The notes beneath the pieces are model-generated. The model was given only the letters and a program-made list of their open reading frames with translations. It did not search any database and was not told the DNA's origin. This document shows positions 34,311-47,600 of a stretch of 64,000 nt of DNA, piece by piece. Source of the DNA: Podarcis liolepis (Eukaryota). The translations under genes were made by a program, and so were the position numbers. The number at the start of each line of letters is the position of its first letter. The first letter of the stretch is position 1. The stretch is taken from the NCBI GenBank assembly GCA_965112155.1, contig OZ218105.1. One strand, written 5' to 3'.

Positions 34311-37300
34311 TAGCGGAAAGTATGCAGTGGTACACACAACTTGCTCTCTGCAATATTCGACAACCTATTGATCTGATGGAGCAATGAAGACATCGGTACA
34401 ACTTTTAGAATAGGTTTTTGTTTTAATTTGTAATGCATAAACTGCATATCAGTATTACATAACAGGAAAACAAGCAGAAGAATTCTATTGCCCTTTTCAT
34501 TTACAAATGGCTACCCTGGTGCATCAGAAGCCATACAAAAACATGCACAGTGACATCACATAGGAGGAATTGAAGAACTATATCTTGTGCTTCCAGTTGT
34601 TTTTCTTAAAGGTATGCTGTTCCTCAACCCTGCAACTATACATAATTCAGAGGATTTTGATGGTTCCAATTTGACTGAGAATTTTGCTTTCTAATATATA
34701 AGGTTGCACAGCTGAAATTTGAAACTTATGCCTAAAGAAAGTTATAAAATGGGATGCTAGTATGCTGATAGAATTAAGTTATTTAACAAAGCAAAAAGAC
34801 TGAGCACGTTCTTTAGAGACGAATCTGCGAGTTATTTCTCCTGCTAAATATATTTCAGCTTAGTTTTACCTTTCACTATCTTTGCTCCCACTCTTCTCTC
34901 AAGGAGTTCAAGCTGGCGGCTTAAATTTATCCTGATGACAGCCCTATAAGCAGGTAAGACTTTTTAAAAGAGTGGTGTACCCAGGGCCACACATGATGGA
35001 GAAGGAATTTGAACATGCATCTCTCTATTGTTGGTGGGTAGCTTGTAAGTTGCTTTGGGCAAGGTAAAGAGACTAACAAATTTAATTCATTAATAATAAT
35101 ATCAATTCACATGATGTTTGTAAATTAATTTACCCACATACACACCACAGAAATGAACACGTGTTGCTTGTTGATTTAGAGGCCGTATAGTAGTCCTTCT
35201 TTTGCCACCCCTGCTTCTTGCCATAAACTCACAGGTGCAGAGCTCTCTGCTTGCTTTCTAAAGCCAGCTAACTAGGAGTTGGCGACATAGCTGAAGACAG
35301 GCGTGGGAATTGAAAGCAGCATTCCACTGCCTTCCCTGGGGCAATTGGTCCTTAACAAGGGAGGAGACCTAGGTTTAACTACTTGTTTTCACACTTGCAG
35401 TGCAGGATCGGTAAAAAACAACAACCAACCAACCACTAATTGTTGAGGTAGTATGTTTTTATGTTTATCTCTTTATACTACTTACTTTTTTGTTGTCTGT
35501 GGTTTCTTTTTGTCTGCTGCTTAGATTTTTAAACCAGCAGTTTTAAATAAAAGATTATAGCAGCCACCACCAACCTTATTGTATAAACTTTGTTCTGTAG
35601 GTGCTCCGTTGATGGATAGTGCTGTCTAAAAAAGCCTGTCAAGACATTTGATATTACTTTAGCAGAGATACTTCACATAACTTTAATATGTACCCTTCTA
35701 TGAACACACTTCGTTAGCAAATGCAGATCTCTACATGCCCGTTTTCCATTAATTCCGTGTCTCTTGGTTTAGAATGATGATCTCTGATACGGGTTTAGAA
35801 ACAGAAATCCAACCAATAGGGGAAAAGTCATAGCACAAGAATACTGCAATACTAAATTCTGTCAACCATAGCAACTTACTGCTACAGAGCCTTTCTACCA
35901 CAAAACATTCAGCATTTTAAGTCTTGTAAGTGCAAATCTAGCTGGAATTCCACAAGGGTGCTTGTAGAGTCATTACACTATTAGTAGCTTTTAAACAAGA
36001 TTTATTTATTATGTCTTTTTAATAGCAAAAAGATAAATGGGTTCTCCGTATTATAATTCAGAAAGATGTAATATAAAAACAGTAAACTAAACTGCCGGGT
36101 ATGTTCCTCTTTGGCACCCATCAGATTGTGGCAATATTAATTACAAGCTATTTTGTCTGCAATGATGTATTTTATATCCAATTTTGTAAGACCTACTGAT
36201 CAATTGTATTCTAAAAATTGAAAAGTACTTAAGCTGGTGCTTTTAGAATCAGTGGTGTGGAGACCTCACCTCCTGCCCAAATGATGGCTAGATTTGCATG
36301 CAAGTTGTAACACATTATAATGGGTATTTCCCCCCGGCTTAGAATTTTCCTTAGCATGGCATTACATCATGCTCATTCCAGAATATCACTTCGTGTTAGC
36401 TTAAGCCAAAAAAATTTAAATGGGTACTATAAATCATGTGACCAACCCCCCCCCCACCAAATAAATAAACAAATAAATACCAGCCATGTAAAACTAGTTG
36501 CATGGTCCCTTGGATCCAAGTGTGGTCAGTGCCATCTTGGGGGAAAACATCCACCATGTACGAAACAATATGCAAATTCAATCCTTCAGGAGTCAAATTG
36601 GTGTCACAGATAAAAATTTCTTCAAAAAATACGCAATACAAATACCAGGTAATTTGGAGTAGAGTTACATATATATTGCAAATGACAGAATGTCATTTGA
36701 ATTTGCTAACATCATGGAACCTTCAAATTACTAAAGCAAAAAACAAAACAAAAAAACCAACCACCAAGTATTTGAACCTGAACTTAAGTTATTTTTCGGA
36801 AGTAATCCTGAATACATAAATAATATGCAACAGTATTCTTGATTATCTCATAAACAAGAGATTAAGAGTGCAATCGTAAGCATGAGAGAATAAACACAGT
36901 AGGATGCACCATGTGAATATGCAGAAGATTGTGCTGTGCAGTTTGCATCTAGAGTATTTAAAATTTCTTAGCCTATAAGCCACAGTAGCTTCTGCTTTTC
37001 CGCAGCCACGAACACAGTCAATAAGTTGCCTGAAAATCTTGTATTTGGTTTCCAGTGCAACTGCAGTCTTTTAACTGGCGAGGGGAGGGGGGAGAGCACT
37101 TGTTCTTTCTCTTCAAGGCAGAGAAAGAGTTGTGGAAATTGCGGAGGTGAGGGAGGGAAAGATGGTCTACAATTAAAATACTTGTGCTGTTAGAATTCCA
37201 AAATTGTGCTAACAAGTACCCACATGTGATGCCATCGCTTGCCAAATACCTGCTTGGTGTGTCAGCATTTCGCAAATGAAAATGTGAAACCATGCGTTAT

Positions 37301-37788
37301 TAAAAGGGAACCTCGTCTGACTCGCTTCACGTGCAGTAATCACAGAACTTTTTATTAATAGGGATAGGCAGAACAAAAGGGGTTGGGGAAGAGGGGTGAT
37401 AAGTTTGAATTAATGTGTTATTGAATATGCTTCCTTTGGTAGAAAGGCCAAATTAATTTATTTTCTGACAGAATTTACACAATTAATGTAAATGTAGTCG
37501 TTGCAGAGCCTAAGGATTCAGCACAAATGACATGTAATTAGAAATGCAGCTTGAGGTACAGAAATGTTTTTGGGAAAGTTTTTTAAACTTCGGTTTGTGA
37601 ATCTTGTGCCAATTAAATGCTTAAAAAAAATAGCCCATCAAAATTGCTTTATTGCTGTTCTTCAGATACATCTGACAGATTTTCTTCCTTTCATGCAGCC
37701 CAAGCAAGTACTAAAATATTCATTTCAAATATTGTACAGAGTTATAACAAATTATTAACACAGACAAAAGCTATGACAGAAAGGTGTT

Positions 37789-37794
37789 TTTATT
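37789..37794 (-). terminator. Candidate SPIRE1 poly(A) signal (AATAAA), implying a 3' UTR of about 3.6 kb
   Basis: AATAAA on the minus strand followed by U/GU-rich sequence; other candidates exist (about 36001, 37350, 39458). Confidence 0.35.
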
Positions 37795-40700
37795 TTCCTC
37801 ATATTTCATATTTAAATAAAGGATTTCAACCAAAATAATAATAGAGTAACATTGTCACCAGGGATGCATAAAAGTTCTGTCTGCACACCAAGGCATTGCA
37901 AAGGCTTTGTTGCCACCTTCTGCAGAGCGGAGCTAGCTTGGAATTTCCCACAAAATATTTTCATGTACAAAACAGACAATCATTTTACTGGATGCAGGTT
38001 TTCTACAATACACTTGGGGTACTTCCTAGATTTATTAGTAATTAGAAAAATAAATGCTTTAAAGTTCTTATGGTGCCAAGTTTGCTGTTCTAGATAGCCT
38101 TTCTCCTCTTTAAAACTCATTTAAACATTGGTATGATTTCTGATAACACAGAAGTTGGCTCATTTAGCTTATTTTGAATTTCCTCTTCACTCTTCATGAG
38201 AAGGTTGATTCTCACTACAAAGAGTGGTGGTTCTCCAAAGTTAATATATTTTACACATATTTACAAGTTGATACGACTATGTTGAAACAGAGTAGGGCAC
38301 CAAAAAGCTTCACGTTACAGGCAGCTTTCTGTGATATGGAGAAACAGAGTGAATATCCTTATTACTTGGACCACAGTTGGAATATTAATGGCAAGGTGAC
38401 AAGAATGTTATGTCACATAACACAACACTCAAGGAACCAAATTTCCCCTCAGGCTTCAAACAACAACTTTGTGGAACTTCCTCCCCCAAATTAAAGGCCG
38501 GCATATTTCCTTCATCCTGACAGAAAGAGTCAAAGAGGAAATGAGAAAGGCAAAGGGCACTTGGAAAGTGGTGACTGAAAAATATCGAGCTTGCTAGTGG
38601 CAGTTTCTATTAAGATCGAATGCTGCATGTGGCTGTAAGTGCATTGTCAAAGGGAAAGAGAGAAGGAATTGTGTTGTCTGTGTGCAGGGATAAAATTATT
38701 GAGACAAGTAAGCGGCCTCCGCTTATATCGCTGGCATTCAAGGTGACTCACACTGTCAGCACTTCAACCTCAAACCCCTCACCTTAGAATTTGAGTGGCC
38801 CTCTACCAGAAAGATCCCCACTTCACTCCCTGTAATCTGACTGGACCCATAGGAGCACCACAGTTCATGTGTGCAATACTAATAAAGAGCCTAGAAAATC
38901 TAAAGAATATTTAATAGAATGAGTCCCAGACACATTTCACAAAGAGAATTCAGGCATTTGTCTGAACACGTGAACTCTGTATCTGTAGGCAGGAGATAGC
39001 ACATGCAAGCCCTGCCCCACACATTTGTTCCAAAACTTCCCCGCGTTGAGCAGGATAGGTCTATAAGGGCATAGTACTTGCATTCCCTTAAATGTGAGTA
39101 GAGCATCATGCATGATTGGGTACCCTGCTCAACCTGGGGAAGGCTGGAGACTGAGCGTGTGAGCTGATATAGATGGAGTTGCTGGGAGCAGGCTTTCCAT
39201 CCATAGATGTATTTTTGTGTTCAGGCACATATCAGAATACACCTTATTTCTCTAGAAAAGTAGCTAGACAACTGGTTCTTGATAAAGACCCCAGATTGAG
39301 GAAATAGAGCAGATTAGCTGTATGGGAGGAGAGGAGAGGACACAGAAAACCTGGAAGGGTGAGAATCTCCTAGCTGATGCCTCACCTTACTGGGAGCCAT
39401 TGCTGATGCCTTTGTGAGCTGTGAAGTGACCCCTTTGCTTCCACACAATTTGTGGCATTTATTAATAAAATGTAGCAAAATATAAAAGGAATAGGTGCTT
39501 TCAGTCCATTTTTTCCAAGCTGATTAATGGGAAAAAGAACAATACTTCTCGGTCTGATGTCATCACAATGCTATTTTATCATGTCAATTAACTTCTGCTG
39601 TTATTGACCATGGGTTATGTCCATTGGTGGAACTCTTGTGGCTTTCCTTGTCGGAGTGTTTTATTTTGCCAGTGAGAATTCCTCAATTGTGCCAACAGTG
39701 CCAGTTTTGTTTGTAGTGTAGATACGGCCTACATTTGTTTATCCAATGAAAATAGAGTAGTCCCACTGTCTTGGCTGAGTTGCTTAAGAATAATTGGACC
39801 AGAGACCCCATTGCATCCTAAGACCCCAAACATTTGTGCTTGTGCAGTTAGTTAAATTTCAGATATTAGAGCAGCAATATCAGACTTTTAGGCTTTACAT
39901 AGTAGCTCTATTTCTTGGCCTCTAATGTTTTGGTTTTCTTGGGAGATAAGATTCATTTCTCAGCATATTTTCATTAAACAAATGTCTGGATAGAGATTGC
40001 ATTTAAGCAGATTCTGCTTATTTTGAAAGTGAACTGAGATGTCTCTCATCAACCTAAAATGTAAAAATGAAAATTCAAATATTTGAATCCTTCCTATCAT
40101 ATACCGAATGCTGATATTAAATATGGACCTAGCCATTAAAAACGTGAAAGGATTATTGTTCCTGTCCACTGGATGATTTGCAAATATTTATAACTGTGCT
40201 GTTATAAATATAAAAACAACCTAGCTGCATACTCTACACTAAGCCTCTGTTTACATTTAAAAATCGGAATATAAAAGAGTGCAAAAATGTGATGTTTGGT
40301 AATATTCCTGGAACTTCAAAACAGCTAGACAGTGTTTCTCCAAACCTTAAAAAAAACCTACCTCTCAATCTGAGACACTCCTGCCTCAAATTTTTGCAGG
40401 GTATAAAATTTCTTTACAGCCAAGATACAAACCCCTGTAAAAATGGGGCTTATAATGGATATGCTTCCAGACCCTTAATTATAGCAGTACTTAGGTGTTC
40501 TACTATAATACAAATATACATATGATCTATTTTCTCAGGATTGTCACCCAGAGAATGTTCTTAATTTTACAAAAAAAATCATTAATATTAAAAAGTTGCA
40601 CTTATCTTGCATCCCCTCCATAGAGAGTATTTTGCTTATGTCTAAAAGCTACAACTAACAACTACTGCAACTAACATTCAGAATACATTCAAGATAGGGA

Positions 40701-41372
40701 AGAAACTGCTATTACTTTAGACATAATACACTTATCATTATACTGGAACAAGTAGCAGCTGCAGGAAATAGTTACCCAATCCAGGCTTCTTAGCTTATTC
40801 AATATTTTATTCTAGAACCCAGACCATATAAACTATCTAGTTTGGATTGATCGACCATGCTGAGCACATCCTTTAAAGCTTTGTGCTATACCGTAAGGCA
40901 TTAAGAGCCATGGCCCCCGTCAATTTTCTGTACAAGCATGGGCTTGTGTGCCACAAAGACTGAAATGTAAATGTTAGTTGGTAGTAAATGCCAGCATAGT
41001 TCGATAATTACAACTGTGCTAACACCATTGTGTAGTTCTGTAACTATATTTTGACTCTTTTCTTGAAAATTATCGAAGGAATGAACACTGGAAAAAATAA
41101 TGCAAGTAAAGGCGCTCTTTGTACACTGTGCCACATACAAAAAGGCAACAATTTCAAACGGACATTTTCTTCCTGTGCAAACAGTTTTATCTACTGACCT
41201 GCTGCATAGCCCAATTTCTTACTTTCTCTCTGTGTATAAATTATGGAGTGGCAAAACCAGTGATCTAATGCAAATGTAAGCTGTCGGGTGGAACAACGGA
41301 AAAAAGACATTCTGGTTTCACCGAGTTCTCTCAAGACTTCATGAATACAAAGCAAAGAGAAAGGCACACAGC

Positions 41373-41631
41373 TCAGATCTCATTGATAGTCCTCTCAGAA
41401 GGGCAATACTCCGAGGTGCCTGGGGAGGACATGTAGAATGACTGGGTTTTCCTTTTTAATCTGGCTCGCTTGTTAGCCAGGGAGAGGCTGCGGCGGCTTG
41501 AATTGATGATTTCTGAAATGAACTTTTTGCAGTCCACACACACTTCCATGGTGCTCCAGTCCTCCATTAGCTCTTTTGGAAATAGTGCTTCTTCATCTGA
41601 TTTATCTACAGACTTGGACTTTGAGGATAAC
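41373..41631 (-). CDS. SPIRE1: SPIRE1 last coding exon (...[16 protein letters not shown]...ERTINEI*)
   Basis: tttcag| acceptor; TGA at 41375-41373. Confidence 0.97.
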
Positions 41632-44600
41632 CTGAAAACAAAGCAGCAATTCTATTCTTATTAGGGTTATTTAGCTTTCCAATTGTACTAGAGAGGTGAA
41701 CTCTGTGCACTCTAAAATAACAAGGTCTTTTTACTTCCTAACATATTGTGTCAGGGGAGAGAGGTGTTTCTTGTGGCCAGTTATGATTAATGCAAAACAC
41801 AGATTAATCTTAGCAAAATTGCGCTATTTGGCTAACAGTTATGAAGGCTTTTATGATCTTAGAAAATGGTTATATACAAGCAAGAGAAAAATAAACCTTT
41901 GCAAATTAGATTCATAAATGATTTTGCACATTATTTCTATAACTTGAATGGCAACCTTAAGCTGAAAAACTAGTTATGTTTCTCTAACAAATAATGAAAC
42001 TAATTTTATGACTAGTGAGTACCAAAAAAGACAATTGCAAATTCAAATTTTAATTTTAATTTTAAAAAGCTAAGCAAGTTCTTTTCTTGTAGCAAAACCT
42101 TAAAAACTAAAGATTATGTCCGATTGCAACCTTTGGGGGTGGCTTTTCAGGGAGTCTGAAGGGCTCCCACAAGAAAATGGAGGTTGAAATGCTTTTATAA
42201 ATTGAACACCTTTTGACCACTGCCTGGGAACTTGTTGAAGGATAGTGTCTAAAGCTTTCACAACTACCTATAGTACACTTCTAAAAATGTAATAGTACAT
42301 TTGTGGCAGTATACATCTATTTGCTGGAAGTGCGAGAATCAGAGAGGTGACTTCTTCCACATGTGGTGGGAATGTTCACTGACCAAAAAGAAAAAGGGAA
42401 AAAAAGGAAACTAAAGATACCATTGGTCTCAGTGTTATTTTTTTTGCTTTTTCTGTTAAAATATACAAGTGGTTTAGTATGACAAGAACATAAGAAAGTG
42501 GCATCTTATATGCTGTTGGAAGCAAAAACTGTTTGCAAAAATGGTGATTAGCAACCACATCAACTGTTAATGAATAGCCAGGTTAATGCATTATGTTAGA
42601 TTTAAATAGAAAAGCTAAAGATAAATTTGCCACAAATTGGCAGCCATTTATGGACTCAAACAAAGCTCTATGGTTGAACAAAATATATTGTTGTTTTATA
42701 CTGATTTGAAGTCAGGTTTGGCAAGGATGGTAAATTACTATTTAATCCATTTTATACAGATTCTTGCCTATTTTCTACTTTTAACTTTCCTTTTGAAATA
42801 GAATAAATTTTGTGTTTAATTTTGCAAATGTCACCTAATTGTAGTTCTGCAATGTTTTATTTAAATTTTGACAGTTCTCTCCATTTAATTGTGTATTTTT
42901 TTTTTAAAAAAAGAGAGAATAATAGTTAGCATCTTAGAAATAAATATATGTAAAAATTCCCTGCCCACAAATAAAATGAACTATGGAATATAGTCCATGA
43001 AAGTAGCTGGTAGTAGATAAGCAGTCTAATCTTAATCAGAAGTATTACTTACCTTGGCATGCCCCTAAGGGACCGGTGATGGCTAGTGGAAGGTTTATCT
43101 GGCCTCATAAAACTCTCTCCTTTCTGTAAAGCCGAAGGTCCCAGAGAAAAGATGGGAAGTGTAGAATATGGCTTTGATGGCAAGCGCATCTGTTACAAAG
43201 GAAAGAGAATAGCAATTATAGACTGAGCCACCTAGAGACAGTGCCATTATGTGGGCTTGTACAACTTTCACAAGCATATTCCCAGTGGCAATGACCCATA
43301 ATTTGTGAACCATAGAGATACCAAAGCAATACATTCCCTGCAGACTTCTACAGGAGTCCCGTTTTTAAAAATGTTGCAAATACATATATTGCAAATGTTG
43401 TAAGAAAATAAATATGAGTGCATGAACACTACTGTGTATATATGGGAAGTATATTCAAAGTAGGGGATGCTGTAAACTGATTTTTTTTGAGGGGGGCGGT
43501 TTCTGCTGAATTTTTCCCCTGTTTGTACTTTGTTGTACTATGAAGATAGTAAAGCAGCTGTTCCTGATGAATCACACCATAGATTTTCAGAAGATGAAGG
43601 ATTTATAGGTTTCTGAACTTACCTTCTTGCAACACTGTGAGCATACAGGCCTACAAAAGAAAAAGAAAATATGTGACTTACTCAGCTAAATGTAGTAATA
43701 CTTTTTCAGGACAGCATTGGACATGTCTCTTCAAAAGTTGTATTGTTCTTTCCTAGTGAAAATGTTTTACGAGGTATGAACTATTTTTGAATTTCACTGG
43801 CTTTAGCTTAAATACCAGAACTCAGGAGGTGGCAAAAAATAAAAACAAAGGTTTGTCATCCAAAGAATCTTGAGCACGTGTCCTGGGTCTTGCCCATCTT
43901 CATGTTTCAACTGCAGTCCTGAGCTACAAAAGTGTTGCCTAATGTTAGGGCATACTGTAGCTTAGATGAGAAGTTTAGGGACCTCACAAGCCACGATTGG
44001 CATGTTTCCATAGGCAGTCCTATAGATCTTAACCATTATCAGGAAATTAGGAATGGAATGTGTGAAAAACCCAAGAGTCCCATTCAGACTCGACATCAGC
44101 ACTCTTCTTTTTATTTAATCACATCCTAGAAGATTAGATGGCAAATTTTAAATGGCTCTTACGGGAAACTCGCAGGAACATTAATCTTGAGTGGCAATGT
44201 TTTCTTATAATTTCATGCAAGCAGTTTGTATTAGTGAGCATGTATGTGCAGACCAAGGGGACTAAATATCATTCATCCATTTCCTGCTCTTAAGATATTG
44301 ATTCTGAGAAACATGCACAACCATGGCATTTGAGATATGTTGTTGTAGCATCTACTCCTTTCTTTGTCAACTTGTTCTTTTTATGTCATTCTACCAACTT
44401 CAAATATTAACACTAAATCTGAAAGTGCTTTTATTCTGTCTTATGTCCTATCCCATAATGAGCATTTGCTAATCATCCCTAATCATTATCTAGGAAAACA
44501 CAAAAACTCCCTGTTCAAATTTTCCTTTACTCCTAAATACAGTACAAATGCCACCTTTTCTCCTTCAATTACATACTAAATGTAACACAAAAAGTTAAAA

Positions 44601-47600
44601 ATAAAACAAATAGAATTCTGCTCCGGTGCCTTCACTAGTTATTGGTTACTATGAAAACCAAAGGCTTACCTTTTACAAAACTGACAGGTATAGGACCAGG
44701 TGAAGAAAGAAAACCTCCTTGTTCGGCAACAAAAACAGAGCTATAAAAATTGAGAAGAGCCCATAGCATTAGCAGGTCTTTCTAGAAAATCAATTTACTA
44801 ACATCTAAAAAAAATTATCAGTAAAGAAAAAGGGTAGAAATTGATGTCACACTATTACGAATGTTCTGTCTGCACAAGTATATCAGCTTGGCAAATGGAA
44901 CAATCTCTGACCATACAGAGTCAATTTCAGGGAGCATGCAGTGGGGGAAACCCAACTGCACAAGCAGAAGCCCTTGCACAGGACTTAGGGAGTTTATGAA
45001 GAGCAGCGCAACTCCCCCCACTTTTTATCTCCCTTGCAACCAGCTGTTCAACCTCAAAATGTGCTTTAAAGTTTAGAGGGTTGGGAAAGATTCTGGAACA
45101 GATTTGGGGGTCAGGCAAGGAGAAGAAGTAGTTTGCAACCCAATACATCCAAAGTGTAAAGTTAACCAGCCGCCTTATAGATTAAATCAGTGCAATTAAA
45201 TTTGTGAAATGTTTTCATAGTCCTTTCCTTAATCTAGAAGAAAGCACTCAATTAGAAATCTGACAACACAATCCTAAAAGCATTCTTACTCAGAAAGAAG
45301 TTCCAAAGAGTTCAGTAAGAACTGACTGAAGCATTTCCACCATTCTCAAATGACTAGAATTACATGCAACTCAACAACTCAAAGAAATGTATGGTTTTAT
45401 GGTGCTATTCTTGACTTGATCCAATATAGCACTAAGTAACTGTACTGTTACGGAATGCGAGTGGCGCTGTGGGTAAAACCTCAGCGCCTAGGACTTGCCA
45501 ATCGTCAAGTCGGTGGTTCGAATCCCCACGGCGGGGTGCGCTCCCGTCGTTTGGTCCCAGCGCCTGCCAACCTAGCAGTTCGAAGGCACCCCCGGGTGCA
45601 AGTAGATAAATAGGGACCGCTTACTAGTGGGAAGGTAAACGGCGTTTCCGTGTGCTGCGCTGGCTCACCAGATGCAGCTTGTCACGCTGGCCACGTGACC
45701 GGGAAGTGTCTTCGGACAGCGCTGGCCCCCAGCCTCTTAAGTGAGATGGGCGCACAACCCCAGAATCGGACACGACTGGCCCGTACGGGCAGGGGTACCT
45801 TTACCTTTACCTAACTGTACTGTCAGCTCAAAAACATACACTTATGTAATGGGACTTTCCTTCCTTCCCAAATCTGCTTTGGAGGGTTGGGGGGAAACCC
45901 ATAACAGTTTTAGGGGATGTGCAAGGGAAAAAGAAGGTGAGAAAATCCTATTGCAAAATAATAAATCCTTGAGCTGAGGGTGGGGGAAGATTACTTAACA
46001 TGACATTGGATGCAGGCCTTAATTTGTTAATTTCAGGAGCTCTAATAACATTTAGCTGAATTTCTTCATCATCATTCACTCCTGGTTCTCTGGGAAAATC
46101 AGCATAAGCATCCTTACCTTTCCTTTCTTGAGGGCAGTATAGACATCTTTATACTGCTGGTACTTCTCTAGCTCGGCCTTCACTAACACTTGACGGATGT
46201 GCATTACTTCTTCCACTGTAAGAGCCAGGCATTCCACTGGGTAACAAAACTCCTCCTGAAAGCCAAAAGGTTCTATTTTAAATATGTATCTCACAGAATT
46301 TCATAGCCACCAGCCTAGAGAGCCAGTCACCTGGTTAGTAAGTTGAGGAGAGAAAAGATTTCATCACCCAAACCAGAAGTGTATATCTGGTCCAGAGGCA
46401 TCACGTGTTTCCAGAAGGCTAAGAGTTTAGAATTTGCAACCAAAGGGGTCTAATGCGCACTAAAAGCATATTGTCATTTATTAAGCCAATCACTGTATTA
46501 TGAACCTCACATTATAGATGTGTGTTCTGATGCAGAAAAATGCAAAATAATGTTGCCTGCCACTGAAAACACAGGCGCTTATTTTCACTGAAATGTCTGA
46601 CACTCTGTGATGCCTAGAACAGACTGAGAAATGGTTAGTAGCCCAATCCCAAAGAAAACTTTATTCTGTGGTATCATATGTAGGTAACATAGTATGCTAA
46701 ATATCCAGTACAGTTAACATTACACGCAGGTTATATTGTTCCCGTATAATGTTACACAATCAGTTTAAACTTCATACAGTTACATACAGTGATATTTGTG
46801 ACACAAATATAGTATTGCTTTCTGACACTAAAACTCCCTAGCAGATTGATGCTAAGCTGAATACACATTCAGCACTGATGGTACCACAGGATAAAACACC
46901 AATTCCCAATTATTTGTAATTGATTAAATAAATCTAGCTAAAAGACAGAAATTATTTGCACATCCCACTATGTTGTGCTTTCTAACAGGGCACAGTAAGT
47001 CTTGCAACATGGTATGTTGACCCTACTGGTTTGTACAAGGGTAACCAGTCATCTATGGTGTGGAGCTAGGACTTTAGCCTAGTTCCAAGTCCAACATTAT
47101 CAGCTGTCAGAAACAATGGCAGGAAATTTCCATAAGCATAGAAGCATAATACTGCACATTTGGAAATCCAATTTGCAAACCAAATATGCAATTAAGATCC
47201 GCTGCAAGTTATTTAATTTTACAGTCTAAAGATTTTCTGTCTTTTAGGAAGAAAAAAATCAATTATGATGTATACCAGATAAAAATGTGCATTTAGGAGC
47301 CACCATATATATTTTAAAAACTGCAGTCTTACCAATCTAGAAATGGAATACACACAGAAACTTCATCTTGCTTAAGGTGCCCACAAAGGTCTATAAACTG
47401 AGTGAAATTTGCCTTTGTAATCATTACTTTCTTGGTATTGTTGAAGATGCCATTTTTTTTGAAGAGCCAAAATTTAATACAGCTTGCTTTGAAGGATACT
47501 TTGCTTCAAAGCAAAGCCAAATGTGTTTCATAACCAACACATTTCAGAAAACAATTATGCTTTCTAATGTGCTTCCAATGCTAGGTAAAGACCTTTTATT

